In this document: positions 27,420 to 37,145 of the stretch, piece after piece
Position numbering within the stretch: position 1 is the first letter of the stretch
Layout of the letters: each line of letters opens with the position of its first letter
Assembly (NCBI GenBank): GCA_965228735.1
Contig: OZ245838.1
Location: 5,888,001 to 5,952,000, forward strand
From: Planctomycetota bacterium
GTDB taxonomy: Bacteria; Planctomycetota; UBA1135; UBA2386
Direction of reading: 5' to 3'
Length of the DNA: 64,000 nt
Program-made: the position numbers and the translations under genes
The notes under the pieces: generated by a model
What the model saw: the letters and a program-made list of their open reading frames with translations, nothing else
Databases searched by the model: none
What the model was told of the DNA's origin: nothing

Positions 27420-28237
27420 CGGCCGCACCGCCGCGCGTCCTGCTCCTCGGCGGCATCGATTCCTCGGGCGGGGCCGGTGTCACGCTCGATGCGGCGGTCG
27501 TCACGGCGCTCGGCGGGCAGCCGCTGCCGTTGCCCGTCGCCCTCACGGTGCAGAGCCGGCGCGGGTTCCGGTCGTTGCATCCGATCGATGCCGCGATCGG
27601 GCGCGCGATGCTCGACGCCGCGGTCGCGGATGGCGGCTTCGCTGCCGTCAAGCTCGGGTTGCTCGGGTCGGTCGCGCTCATCACCGACGTGGCTTCGGCG
27701 CTGCACGAGGCGCTCACTGTGGTCCGCTCGGAGTCCGGAGCGCCGGTCCCCGTCGTCGTCGATCCCGTGCTCTCCGCGACCGCCGGTGGCCTCGCGACCG
27801 ATGACGACGTCGTGGCGGCGTATCGCGAGCACGTGCTGCCACTCGCGACGCTGCTCACGCCCAACGGACCGGAGTTCGGTCGGCTGTTCGGCGGCGATCC
27901 GAAGCTCGCGACCGAGCACGTTCCTGCCGTGTTGTGGAAGGGCGGTCACGCGACCGACATCGAAGGCGACGGGGGAAGCAAGGACACGGCCATCGATACA
28001 CTGCTGCGGCGCGATCACCCGGTCGAGCGATTCGTGCGCTCGCGGTTGCCGGTCGGCCCGGTGCGCGGCACGGGCTGTGCGCTCGCGAGCGCGATCGCCT
28101 GCCATCTCGCGGTGGGGCGCGATCTGCCGAACGCGTGCCGACTCGCCGGCGACACGCTCGCCGGCTGGCTCCGGGCGCTCGGTCCGGCGCCCGCCGATGG
28201 CCTGCCGCGCTCGTTGCCGGTCGGCGTCGACCCGTAG
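27416..28237 (+). CDS. thiD: Hydroxymethylpyrimidine(-phosphate) kinase-like
   Basis: GGIDSSGGAGVTLD, VKLG, VVDPV, TPN, KGGH, RGTGC. Confidence 0.8.
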   Translation: MTAAPPRVLLLGGIDSSGGAGVTLDAAVVTALGGQPLPLPVALTVQSRRGFRSLHPIDAAIGRAMLDAAVADGGFAAVKLGLLGSVALITDVASALHEALTVVRSESGAPVPVVVDPVLSATAGGLATDDDVVAAYREHVLPLATLLTPNGPEFGRLFGGDPKLATEHVPAVLWKGGHATDIEGDGGSKDTAIDTLLRRDHPVERFVRSRLPVGPVRGTGCALASAIACHLAVGRDLPNACRLAGDTLAGWLRALGPAPADGLPRSLPVGVDP

Positions 28238-28245
28238 ACCGAGTC

Positions 28246-30051
28246 CTAGCCGAATAGCTCACCGATGACGTTGGCGTAGCGTTCGTTGACGACGTGGCGC
28301 TTGACCTTGAGCGTGCGCGTCAGCAGCTCGTTCTCCGGCGTCATCGGCTCGGCGATCACGCGGAACGTCGCGACCCGCTCGCACCCGCGGCAACCCGCGT
28401 CGCGCGTCAGCACGTGGTCGAGCTCCTTCCGCAGCTTCTGCGTCACGGCCTTGCCGTGCAGCACGCCGTCGCGTTCGTCCCACTCCGAGCGGGGCACCTC
28501 GTCCGCGAGCAGCTCGAGGTTGGGCACGAGCAGCGCGCCGAGCGCCTTCTGGTCCTGACCGAGCACGACGGCCTGCTCGATGAGGGGCGACGTCTTGATC
28601 AGCGTCTCGAGCGGCTCGGGCTCCACGTTCTCGCCGCCGGCCAGCACGATCGTGTCCTTCGCGCGACCCGTGATCCAGACGTGTCCGACCGCGTCGACGT
28701 GTCCGAGGTCGCCGGAGCAGAACCAGCCGTCGAGGAGCACCTCCTTGGTCTTCTCCGGATTGTCGTAGTAGCCCTGCATGATTTGCGGGCCCGTGATCCA
28801 CAGCACGCCGGTCTCGTCGGCATTGCACCGGCTGCCGTCCGCGCGGCGCGCTTCGATCTTCGTGTTGGGCAGCGGCGGGCCGATGTGACCCGGCGCGTTG
28901 TTCTCCGCGAGGCGAACGGCCGCGACCGGGCTCGTCTCCGTGAGGCCATAGCCGTTGAGCAACGGCAGCCCCATGCCGAGCAGCGTCTCGTCGACGTGTC
29001 GGGGCAGCGCGCCGCCGCCGCTGACGCAGAGGCGCAGTCGCCCGCCGAAGTTCTCGAGCACCTTGCTCAGCACGACCCTGCGCAGCACGCCGTGCTGCAG
29101 TCGGGTGAACGGGCCCGCGCGCCGGCCGCCGACGAGGTGGCTCGTCTGCAGCGCGCGCCGCAGCAGCTTGCCCTTGAGACCCTCGAGCTTGCGCGACGTG
29201 TTGATCACGCCGTCGTGCAGCATCTCCCAGATGCGCGGCACCGCGGCGAAGATCGTCGGCCGCACGACGCCGAGGTCCGTCTTGATGTTGCGCCGGTCGG
29301 TGTAGACCAGCTGGCCACCCGCGGCGAGCGCGAGGTAGTCCATGATGCGTTCGTACATGTGCCACGCGGGCAGCACCGACAAGAACACGTCGTTGCCCGT
29401 GATGTGCAGCGCCTCGGTCGTGTCGCGCGCGTTGCTGAGCACGTTCTCGTGCGTGAGCATCACGCCCTTGGGGTTGGCCGTCGTGCCGCTCGTGTAGACG
29501 ATGGTCAGGAGGTCGGACGGCTGCACGAGCGCGCGGGCCGCGTCGAGCTCGTCGCGGCGCGAGCCGAGCAGCTCGTGACCGCGCGCCACGAGGTCCCCGA
29601 GGGTCTCGGCGCCCTCGACCGTCGTCGCGTCCGCCATGACCGCGATCCCCGCCAGCTCGTCGAGCCGCGGCTTCATCGCGAGCACCTCGCCGGCCGTCTT
29701 GTCGTCCTCGGCGAAGCAGAACTTGCAGCCGCTGTGCCGCAGGATGAACTCCATCTCCGGCAGCGAGGTGTCGGAGCCGCGCGGCACGCTCGGTGCGCCG
29801 ATGCTCGCGAGCGCCTGATCGATCAGGATCCACTCGTAGCGATTCTCGGCCATGACCCCGACCCGGTCGCCGCGCCGGATCCCGCGGTCGAGCAGCGCGA
29901 GCGCGAGGGCCTCCACGTCGCTGAGCAGTCGCGCGAACGTGATCGGCTCCTCCACCTGCGCCCGCCGGCGCGGCAGGAAAACCCGTTCCCCGTGGGCGCG
30001 AACCTGATCCGCGAGGAGGGACGGAAACGTCGGATTGCTGGTCGGAAGCAT
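28246..30051 (-). CDS. Long-chain fatty acid-CoA ligase (AMP-binding)
   Basis: YTSGTTANPKG, GYGLTETSP, SGDLG, GRAKDTIVLAGGENVEP. Confidence 0.9.
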   Translation of the reverse strand: MLPTSNPTFPSLLADQVRAHGERVFLPRRRAQVEEPITFARLLSDVEALALALLDRGIRRGDRVGVMAENRYEWILIDQALASIGAPSVPRGSDTSLPEMEFILRHSGCKFCFAEDDKTAGEVLAMKPRLDELAGIAVMADATTVEGAETLGDLVARGHELLGSRRDELDAARALVQPSDLLTIVYTSGTTANPKGVMLTHENVLSNARDTTEALHITGNDVFLSVLPAWHMYERIMDYLALAAGGQLVYTDRRNIKTDLGVVRPTIFAAVPRIWEMLHDGVINTSRKLEGLKGKLLRRALQTSHLVGGRRAGPFTRLQHGVLRRVVLSKVLENFGGRLRLCVSGGGALPRHVDETLLGMGLPLLNGYGLTETSPVAAVRLAENNAPGHIGPPLPNTKIEARRADGSRCNADETGVLWITGPQIMQGYYDNPEKTKEVLLDGWFCSGDLGHVDAVGHVWITGRAKDTIVLAGGENVEPEPLETLIKTSPLIEQAVVLGQDQKALGALLVPNLELLADEVPRSEWDERDGVLHGKAVTQKLRKELDHVLTRDAGCRGCERVATFRVIAEPMTPENELLTRTLKVKRHVVNERYANVIGELFG

Positions 30052-30109
30052 GCGAAATCGGGGGGCCGGGCCGAACCGCGCGTCGCGCTCGGGAACCTGC
30101 CTGGGACTC

Positions 30110-30139
30110 TTGACATCCACGGCCATGGACCATACGAAT
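30110..30139 (+). promoter_or_regulatory. Sigma70-type promoter for tRNA-Gly
   Basis: TTGACA (30110-30115), 17-nt spacer, then TACGAAT. Confidence 0.55.
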
Positions 30140-30195
30140 GCGCCCCCTCGTTCGCGCGGTCAACCCCGGGCGAACGCGTTCTAGAGACAACTCGT

Positions 30196-30270
30196 GCGGG
30201 TGTAGCTCAGTGGTAGAGCATCACGTTGCCAACGTGAGGGTCGTGAGTTCGAATCTCATCACCCGCTCCA
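30196..30270 (+). tRNA. tRNA-Gly (GCC)
   Basis: Acceptor stem GCGGGTG/CACCCGC. D-arm GCTC-AGTGGTA-GAGC. Anticodon arm TCACG-TTGCCAA-CGTGA. T-loop GTTCGAATC. Encoded CCA. Confidence 0.97.
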
Positions 30271-30323
30271 AAACGAAGAAAGGCTCGGCCCCCAGGGGGC
30301 CGAGCCTTTCTTCGTTTTGGAGC
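30265..30323. terminator. Perfect 29-bp inverted repeat, probable bidirectional intrinsic terminator
   Basis: 30265-30293 is the exact reverse complement of 30295-30323. GC core with A-rich and T-rich flanks. Confidence 0.8.
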
Positions 30324-30761
30324 CTTTGTCCGCAGAGGCTAGGCGAAGACCGGGGACGGCGGGTTTGCCCGTTGGCGCCATACGCCTCTGCGGGGGAGCG
30401 CGCTTCGCGCGCTGGGGGTGCGAAAGCGGTTTGGTGGCGGGAGCGGTTTGGGGGTGCTACGCGCAGGGTGTGCTTCGCGGCGAGCGCGTCGTGCCTGGAT
30501 CGGGCTGCGGTGGGATTCGTGGACACCTGAGAGCGCCAACTCTCTCCTCGCTTCGGGCTAGGCTAGGATGCCGGGGGTGGCAGGCCGTCTTGCAGTTCTG
30601 GTGCACGCGAACCAGGGGTGGTGCTCGCTGTGAGCCGGGCGGGAAGCGCTGCGGATGAGTCTGGCGAGGCAGTGTTTCGAACGCGGGCCTTCGCCGCATT
30701 GGGGCCCGTGTTGGTCCGCTCGCACGGCACGCGGGGACCGCGTCGGACAGGAGGCTAGACG

Positions 30762-31250
30762 ATGAACGGCGAGCAACTCGGCCGCGCCCTGCAGGATCAC
30801 AAGGGCTTCTCGGCGGTTCGGAGCTTGGACCTTGCGGTCGCGGAGTCTCTCGACGTCGACCGCTACGACTTCGTCGGGGTGCGCATCTACTTGGGATCGG
30901 TCGTGTCGTGTGGCGTGCTCACGATTCAGGGTGAAGACCTGGACTTGGTGCGCGAACGGGTGGCCGAGTTCTACGAGTTCTCGCGATCGATGAAGCCGTA
31001 TGCCGGATCCGTCTACGGGGCGCGAATGGGGGCGTTCGGGATGCTCGTCGTGCTCGCGCATTCGTCGCCCAGCCCGGAGTTCGAACGCGCGATTCGTCGG
31101 CTTCGGCTCGGTTCCGGATGGCGCAAGGACTACTGCGTCACGTGGTTGATCGATGTGCCGGGCCGCGCGGTGATCCCGCATCGTGGGGTGCCGTTCGGCA
31201 TGTTTCCTGGTCGCCGGTTCTTCGCTCGGTTGCTCGCGGGTGAGGTGTAG
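30762..31250 (+). CDS. Hypothetical protein
   Basis: AGGAGG RBS and a globular alpha/beta-like composition. Confidence 0.65.
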   Translation: MNGEQLGRALQDHKGFSAVRSLDLAVAESLDVDRYDFVGVRIYLGSVVSCGVLTIQGEDLDLVRERVAEFYEFSRSMKPYAGSVYGARMGAFGMLVVLAHSSPSPEFERAIRRLRLGSGWRKDYCVTWLIDVPGRAVIPHRGVPFGMFPGRRFFARLLAGEV

Positions 31251-31462
31251 TCGGGCTGGTGCCTCCGGTTTGGCTGAGATCGCGCAGGTTGCGTGCGCTC
31301 CATTACGATGCGCGTGATCTGAGCATCATCACCGACGACGAACGCATCCACGTGATCACGGACCGAGATCCCGTCGTGCGGCAGAAGTGATGGGGTGACG
31401 AGCAGCCCGGGGTCGTTGCGTTCGTTCCGCGGTTGACGACAATCGCCGATCCGATGTCCTCC

Positions 31463-31897
31463 ATGCTCAAATTGGTCGTGGCGCATGCCATCGTGGGAGC
31501 GGTGCTACCGTGCTGTTCCGAACCCGAGCCGGCCAGTGGCTATCCCGTTGCCGTCGACGCGTCGAAGGTCGGGCAGTACCCCGCGCTGACCAAGTCGGGA
31601 GGCGGCTACTTCTACGACGAGGTGCTGGAGTATCGCGTCTGGGTGCACGGCGACGGCGACGACGAGTTTCGAGCGTTCCGTACCTTCGAGCAGGCGGCGC
31701 GCTACTCCGAGAGAACCGAAGGGGCAGAGCCGCCCCTCGTTCTCGTACTGCAGCACGAACACGTCGATGAACCCGAGCCTGGCAAGTTCGTGCACATGAA
31801 GGAGGATCGGATCACGGAATGGCGCGTCGAGTGGCTCGAGGGCAGCAAGCGCGGACCGACGACGATTCCGGAGTTCTTGCGGGAGCGCGGCAAGTAG
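31463..31897 (+). CDS. Conserved hypothetical protein with signal/lipoprotein-like N-terminus
   Basis: YPA...GGGYFYDEVLEYRVW...EPPLVLVLQHEHVDEPEPG..RITEW resembles a family often labelled GCN5 acetyltransferase; function unverified. Start uncertain. Confidence 0.6.
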   Translation: MLKLVVAHAIVGAVLPCCSEPEPASGYPVAVDASKVGQYPALTKSGGGYFYDEVLEYRVWVHGDGDDEFRAFRTFEQAARYSERTEGAEPPLVLVLQHEHVDEPEPGKFVHMKEDRITEWRVEWLEGSKRGPTTIPEFLRERGK

Positions 31898-32325
31898 GGT
31901 CGCGTTTCACTTCCTTTCGGTGGCCGTATCGACCTGCATTCGACAGCCGTCATCGCGGTGTGCGCGTTGCTCGCGTAGTTCGTTTGGTTCGAACGCCGCA
32001 CAGTTGTTCAGCGAGTGGTATTCGGGCGCGGAACCGCCGATCTCCAGAGCGCAACGAGCCAGGACGATCTCACAGCGTTACGACTGCGGCCACGGTTCGT
32101 TGCCTGCGTGCGCCAGTTCGCCATGCGTCTCCCTGGCGAACGCCTTCATTGCTCTCGCGAGGTGCACGTCGAATCCGGCCGATGCAGTCTCGACGCCCGC
32201 GCTGACGGAATCGTGCTCTGGTATCATCCGGACCCGATGCGTCGAGCCGGGGACTTCGTTGTGGTGTGCGCCGCGTGGTTCAGCTCCGGCTCGAGTGAAC
32301 CCCTGGCCCGGGTGCAGGAGATGGC

Positions 32326-32667
32326 GTGACGACAGCCGACCGCGACGACGACCGCTACGACTACTGCCGGCTCGAGGTGCACCTGGCGGCGGCCGGCGGC
32401 CCGACCGACAACGCCGTCGAGTCCCAGGCCGAAGCGCTGGCAGAGGCCATCGACGCGGCGATCGCGCGGGCGGGGCTCGCGTCCGAGTTCGAGATCAACG
32501 GCCTCGAGTTCGGCGTGGGCGAGTCGACGATCCTGGTCTTCGGCGGCGCGGATGATGCCGGTGTCGCGCGCATCCACGAGGTCGTCCGGCCGGTCTTTCG
32601 GGCGTGCGCGGCGCCGCCGGGCTCGCATCTCGTGGTGGTCTACGCGTACCGAACCCAAGCGGCGTGA
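32326..32667 (+). CDS. Small hypothetical protein
   Basis: AGGAG upstream of GTG and GC3-rich codons. Confidence 0.55.
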   Translation: MTTADRDDDRYDYCRLEVHLAAAGGPTDNAVESQAEALAEAIDAAIARAGLASEFEINGLEFGVGESTILVFGGADDAGVARIHEVVRPVFRACAAPPGSHLVVVYAYRTQAA

Positions 32668-32774
32668 GGTTGTTGACAGGCGGGGACAGGAAACCTGGGC
32701 TCCCGGTTGCGCCAGCCCGATGCGGCGGGCTGCCAGTGGTATCATCGCGCCCGATGAGGTCGCCCGGGAAGCCG

Positions 32775-33902
32775 ATGACGCAGCTCGTGGGGGCTGTCGT
32801 TCTGCACTCGCTCGCTATCGTGCCGGCGCAGGAGGTCGCCGAGCCGGGCGCCGAAGCGACCGCCGAACAGGTCGCCGAGTGTCGGCGCCTGATCGCGCAA
32901 CTCGGTCCCGACGACGTGCGCGCCGCGGCGTTCTCGCGACTGCTCGGCCTGGGGGAGGCCGCCCGGCCGGCTCTCATGGACGCGATCGCCGGGACGGATG
33001 TGTGGGCGGAGCGTGAACGGTTCGCCGACGTTCTCGTGCTCAGCGCGGAACTCACGGGTTCGGCGGAGACGATTCTGGAGGCGCTGTGGGACAGGACGCG
33101 TCTGATCGACGGTGAAGCTCTGCAGCGGACGCTCGCCGCCATCGTCGATCTCGCGCCGTTCGTCGGGACTGACGCGGTCCATTACCTGTATCGGGCGCAG
33201 ATCATGGCTTCGGAGCGCATGAACGACGACGGACTCGAGGCGGCGGTGCGCGAGCGCTTCGCGGAGACGGCAGTGCGAGCGATGTCGCTGGGGCGCGAGA
33301 AGGGTGAGACGAAAGGACTGGCCCACGCCGGGCGTTCGGCGCGGGAGCTGATCGACATCGTCGAGTCCGGAACCTCGTTCCGTCCGTACGACGTCGAAGC
33401 CGCGGCCGCGTTGTATGCCCGCTCGAACGGGCGCACGCCTGCCCTGGACGCATTGGCGATCAAGGCGCTGGCCGCGCGCCTCGGGACCGATTGCCTGCGT
33501 TCCCAGATCAAGCTCGGCCCGACGTGGGTCTGGTGTGGACCGCGAAGTCATCGGCGCATCGCGGTGAGCCTGCTGCGGCTTGACCCCGAGCCAGCCATCG
33601 CGCAGCGGGCGCACGTCTACCTGCTCGAGCACGGCCGCCGCCACGAACGTTGGCGGGCGCTCGACGAGTTGCGCAAGGTGAAGTCCGAGGTCTCCGGCTA
33701 CGAACGAGCGCTGCGGCTCGCGGTAGCGGACGCGACGACTCCGCCCGACCTCCGGCTCGAGGCCGCGACGTCGCTCGGCATGCTGCCGCGGCTCGGCAGC
33801 AGCACGAACGCCGCGCTTCGTCAACTCGCCAGTTCCGACAACCGGGCCTTGGCCGAGGGGGCCCAGGCGGCGCTGCAGGCGGTCGCGCGGCGGCGTGAAT
33901 GA
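32775..33902 (+). CDS. Secreted alpha-solenoid (HEAT-like) hypothetical protein
   Basis: Signal-like MTQLVGAVVLHSLAIVPA|Q. HEAT-like LGPDDVRAAAFSRL and LRLEAATSLG. Confidence 0.6.
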   Translation: MTQLVGAVVLHSLAIVPAQEVAEPGAEATAEQVAECRRLIAQLGPDDVRAAAFSRLLGLGEAARPALMDAIAGTDVWAERERFADVLVLSAELTGSAETILEALWDRTRLIDGEALQRTLAAIVDLAPFVGTDAVHYLYRAQIMASERMNDDGLEAAVRERFAETAVRAMSLGREKGETKGLAHAGRSARELIDIVESGTSFRPYDVEAAAALYARSNGRTPALDALAIKALAARLGTDCLRSQIKLGPTWVWCGPRSHRRIAVSLLRLDPEPAIAQRAHVYLLEHGRRHERWRALDELRKVKSEVSGYERALRLAVADATTPPDLRLEAATSLGMLPRLGSSTNAALRQLASSDNRALAEGAQAALQAVARRRE

Positions 33903-34082
33903 GACGAACGTCATGAGCAGCGACCGAGTCTGCGCGGACTCCGACGCGCTCGTCGACGCGGCGCTTCGCAAGCTGATCGCTCCATCGGCGGGGTGACTCC
34001 GTCGGCCGGGTGATTGGCCACGGGCGCGACCTGCGCGCCGGCTCCGCGCTATCATGGCGCCAGATCCCCGCGACCCACTGCC

Positions 34083-34706
34083 ATGACGCACTCCACGCTC
34101 TCGACTCTCGTCGTCGCGCTGCTCGCGACGACCGTCACCTCGACCGCGACCAACGCGCAGATCACCGTCCGCGACACGATCGAGGCGCTGCCGCCGATCT
34201 CCATTTGCCAGGACGGTGCGACGCACCGCACCGTCTGCACCAACCTGCGGCTGCGGCCCGGGACGCTCGGCAGCCTGACGCAGTTCGAGGGCTGGCCGCT
34301 CGAGATCACCGGCACGGCGGGCGCGATCACGTGCCCGTTCGTCGACGTCTCGGCCGTGACCGTCATGGCCAACGAGCAGTTCGCGCTCACGACGACGACG
34401 ACCGCGACGATGAGCATCGACTACTACGGGTCGGGGCCGGTCGGCGACGTGTATCTGCTGTTCGTCGGGATCGGCCTGCAGGCGTCGCCCGGCACGTTCC
34501 CGCCGTTCGTCGGGCCGGTCCACCTCGATCCCAACTCGGCCTGGTTCGTCGGCGTGTTCGCGCCGCTGGGGCCGAACAACCCGTACCACACGGTCACGTT
34601 CCCCAACACGCCGGGGCTCGTCGGCATCCGATTCTACGACCAGGCGCTCGCGCTGCATCAGAGCGGTGTTGCCGAGACCACGGTCGTCGACTGCTTCAAC
34701 TTCTGA
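34083..34706 (+). CDS. Small secreted protein with C-terminal beta domain
   Basis: Signal MTHSTLSTLVVALLATTVTSTATNA|Q. Ends FPNTPGLVGIRFYDQAL... Confidence 0.75.
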   Translation: MTHSTLSTLVVALLATTVTSTATNAQITVRDTIEALPPISICQDGATHRTVCTNLRLRPGTLGSLTQFEGWPLEITGTAGAITCPFVDVSAVTVMANEQFALTTTTTATMSIDYYGSGPVGDVYLLFVGIGLQASPGTFPPFVGPVHLDPNSAWFVGVFAPLGPNNPYHTVTFPNTPGLVGIRFYDQALALHQSGVAETTVVDCFNF

Positions 34707-34753
34707 CCGCCGGCACCGGGCTGCGCGACAGATCGCGCGCGGGCGCGGCCACC

Positions 34754-34993
34754 ATGTCACACATGAACCGCATCCGAGAGCACAAGGCGGCCTGCGAACG
34801 CGAACGGCGCGGGCGCTGGTGGCGTGACGGGCTGCTCGGCGTCTGTCTCGGCGCGTTTGGCGGCGTGATCTCGATCTTCGTCCACGGCTACGCCTGGTGG
34901 ACCGTTCCGGCTCCTGCGGTGGCCCTTGGCGTGTTGTTCGCGTTCTGCCCCCCGCGGACCTGGCGCATTCTCGCGTACTTGCCGATCAGCTGA
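34754..34993 (+). CDS. Small two-TM membrane protein
   Basis: 79 aa with two hydrophobic segments. Confidence 0.5.
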   Translation: MSHMNRIREHKAACERERRGRWWRDGLLGVCLGAFGGVISIFVHGYAWWTVPAPAVALGVLFAFCPPRTWRILAYLPIS

Positions 34994-35017
34994 CGGATCG
35001 GCGCCTGGCGTCCGCGG

Positions 35018-36553
35018 TCACCAGATTTCGAACGCGAGGCGCGTCTGGAAGAACCGCCCGTCGAGCTGCCAGTCGACCTCGCAATCCGGCAGCGCGTTGC
35101 GGAGTTCTTCGGCGGCCGGGATCGTGATCTTGGTGTTGCGGAGGCGCAGGTGCTGCAGCTGCGTCAGTCGCTGCAGCGGTTCGGCGTCGTGATCGTGCAG
35201 GCCGTTCACGACGATGAGTTCGCGTAGCGTCGGAGCGTCGCGCAGCACGGCGAGCGTCTCGCCCGGCGCCTCGACGTCCACGAGCATGAGGCGGTCGATG
35301 CGCGTGCGGTTGATCACCTCGAGCGCTTCGGGCACCAGCGCGAGACCGCGCTGTCGCAGCCCGAACTCGCGCAGCGCGGGCAGCGCCACGAGCTCGGCGA
35401 GCAGCTCACCTTCTTCGCCCATCGGGGTGTCGATGCAGCGCAGCGACCGCAGGCGGCGCAGCGACTGCAGGGCGTGGATCGACGCCGTGTCGAAGTCGGT
35501 GCAATGTTCGAGCACGAGGCCCTGCAGTCCGGTGAACGCGCGGAGGGCTGCGTGATGCGCTTCGCCGAGCTCGACGCCGACGAGGTGGAGGGTCTCGAGT
35601 TCGAAGCCGAGTTCGGCGATGGCGGTAAGCGCCTTGGCCGGCAGAGCACCGCGGAGCACGAGCGTGCGCAGTCGAGCGAAGCGCTGCAGCGTCGCGATCG
35701 CGGTCGGGGTGGTCGTTCCGTCGACGGGCACCTCCAGCCGGGTGCACGTCGCCGGCAGGTCGTTCAGCTCGGCGAGCGACTTCACGTTGCCGCGGGCCAG
35801 CCGATGCCGTTCGTCGATGTCCTCGCCGGCTGCGTTGAGCAGCCGCGTGAGCTCGGGGGTCGCGACGAACGGCGTCATGCCGTGAATCGAGAACCAGACC
35901 GGGTCGGAGTGGATCGATGCGAACGCCGTGATGCGGCGATCGCCGGGCAGCTCGATGTCGAGATCGACGAAGTCGATCCCGCTGCTCTGGCGTTTCTGGG
36001 TGTCGACGCTCGCGAGCAGCTCGCGGCGCCAGATCGCGAAGGTCACACCCTCGCGACAGGAGTAGCGCTCCGGCCAGGGCCGTGTGACGAGCGTGTCGGC
36101 TGAGTGATTCGGCGTCTCTTCGCGGGCCGCGCCGGTCACTTCCTTGCGGGTCATGCGAACACCGGTCGCGGTTCTGAGCAGCTCGCGCAGGTGTTCGACG
36201 TCGCGCACCTCGACCTGCTCGCGTTCGCCCGGATCCTGTCTCGGCGTCGCGAACCGGAACGGCAGTGCGTCGTCCTCGGTGCGTGAGAGCCACGCCGTGG
36301 CGAACACGACGGCGATACCCAGCAGTGCTGCGGCAGCGAGCCACGGGCGGCGTCGCAGTGGCGGCTGCATGTAGCCTGCCGGGACTTCCGATTCGGGCTC
36401 CGGTTCCGGGACCGGGACCGGATCTGATGTCGGGAAGGAAGCCGCCGTGGCGTCACCGCGCAGCTCTTCGGCGATGAGCACGTCGAGCAGGCGATCGAAC
36501 GCCTCGTCCGAGTCGCGTTCTTCGCGGCCGCCGAAGTCGTCATGGTCGGTCAT
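35018..36553 (-). CDS. Putative anti-sigma factor: single TM plus extracytoplasmic leucine-rich repeats
   Basis: ATGA overlap with the ECF gene. TM WLAAAALLGIAVVFATAWL. LxxLxL repeats such as LRTLVL, LETLHL and LQHLRL. Confidence 0.7.
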   Translation of the reverse strand: MTDHDDFGGREERDSDEAFDRLLDVLIAEELRGDATAASFPTSDPVPVPEPEPESEVPAGYMQPPLRRRPWLAAAALLGIAVVFATAWLSRTEDDALPFRFATPRQDPGEREQVEVRDVEHLRELLRTATGVRMTRKEVTGAAREETPNHSADTLVTRPWPERYSCREGVTFAIWRRELLASVDTQKRQSSGIDFVDLDIELPGDRRITAFASIHSDPVWFSIHGMTPFVATPELTRLLNAAGEDIDERHRLARGNVKSLAELNDLPATCTRLEVPVDGTTTPTAIATLQRFARLRTLVLRGALPAKALTAIAELGFELETLHLVGVELGEAHHAALRAFTGLQGLVLEHCTDFDTASIHALQSLRRLRSLRCIDTPMGEEGELLAELVALPALREFGLRQRGLALVPEALEVINRTRIDRLMLVDVEAPGETLAVLRDAPTLRELIVVNGLHDHDAEPLQRLTQLQHLRLRNTKITIPAAEELRNALPDCEVDWQLDGRFFQTRLAFEIW

Positions 36554-37056
36554 TGCATCCTCCGGCGCACGCATTGGGCCAGCGCGTCGCGCGCGCGCTG
36601 CAGCAGACTCTTGGTGCCCTCGAGTCCGAGTTCGAGTTCGTTCGCGATCGCCTCGCGCGACACACCGTCGGTGTAGCGCAGCCGCAGTGCCGTGCGCGAG
36701 CGTTCGGGCAACAGCGCGAGGCATTCCCGCAGGGCGCGTCGTTCGGCCTCGCCGCAGTCCTCGACGTGGTCGTGCCACAGCTCGTGCAGCCGGTCGGCGT
36801 CGATGAGTTCGCGGCGATGCGCCTGCTGCCGCAGCGCCTGCCGATGCAGGTTGCGCGCGGTCGCGAGCAGCCACGGCAGCGGCGGATCGCCGGCGGGCCA
36901 GCGCTCCAGGCTCAGCAGCTGCGCTTCCTGCGTGAGGTCGTTGGCGGCCTCCGGATCGGCGCCGAGGAAGCGCAGGTACCGGTGCACCCGCATCGGGCCG
37001 TCCGCGCCGGCCTTGGGGCCCCGGCCCGGGGGGCCATGGTCCTGGCGTTTCGTCAT
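36550..37056 (-). CDS. ECF RNA polymerase sigma factor
   Basis: ANDLTQEA, WLLATARN, LRECLALLPERSRTALRLRY...TKSLLQRARDAL. Confidence 0.85.
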   Translation of the reverse strand: MTKRQDHGPPGRGPKAGADGPMRVHRYLRFLGADPEAANDLTQEAQLLSLERWPAGDPPLPWLLATARNLHRQALRQQAHRRELIDADRLHELWHDHVEDCGEAERRALRECLALLPERSRTALRLRYTDGVSREAIANELELGLEGTKSLLQRARDALAQCVRRRMQ

Positions 37057-37145
37057 GTGCGGGATCACGCCAGGGAACTGCCCGGAATCGGTGGTCGGGG
37101 GCGAGAAATCGCCGCGCGCGGCTGCGGCGGCGATCGCGGCGGCGC

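Noticed and set aside
30579..30595. Sigma54 promoter TGGCAGGCCGTCTTGCA
   Set aside because: GG-to-GC spacing is 11 nt rather than the required 10.
30240..34100. Intact integrative element or prophage at tRNA-Gly
   Set aside because: No integrase or phage genes, and no direct repeat of the tRNA 3' end was seen by eye.
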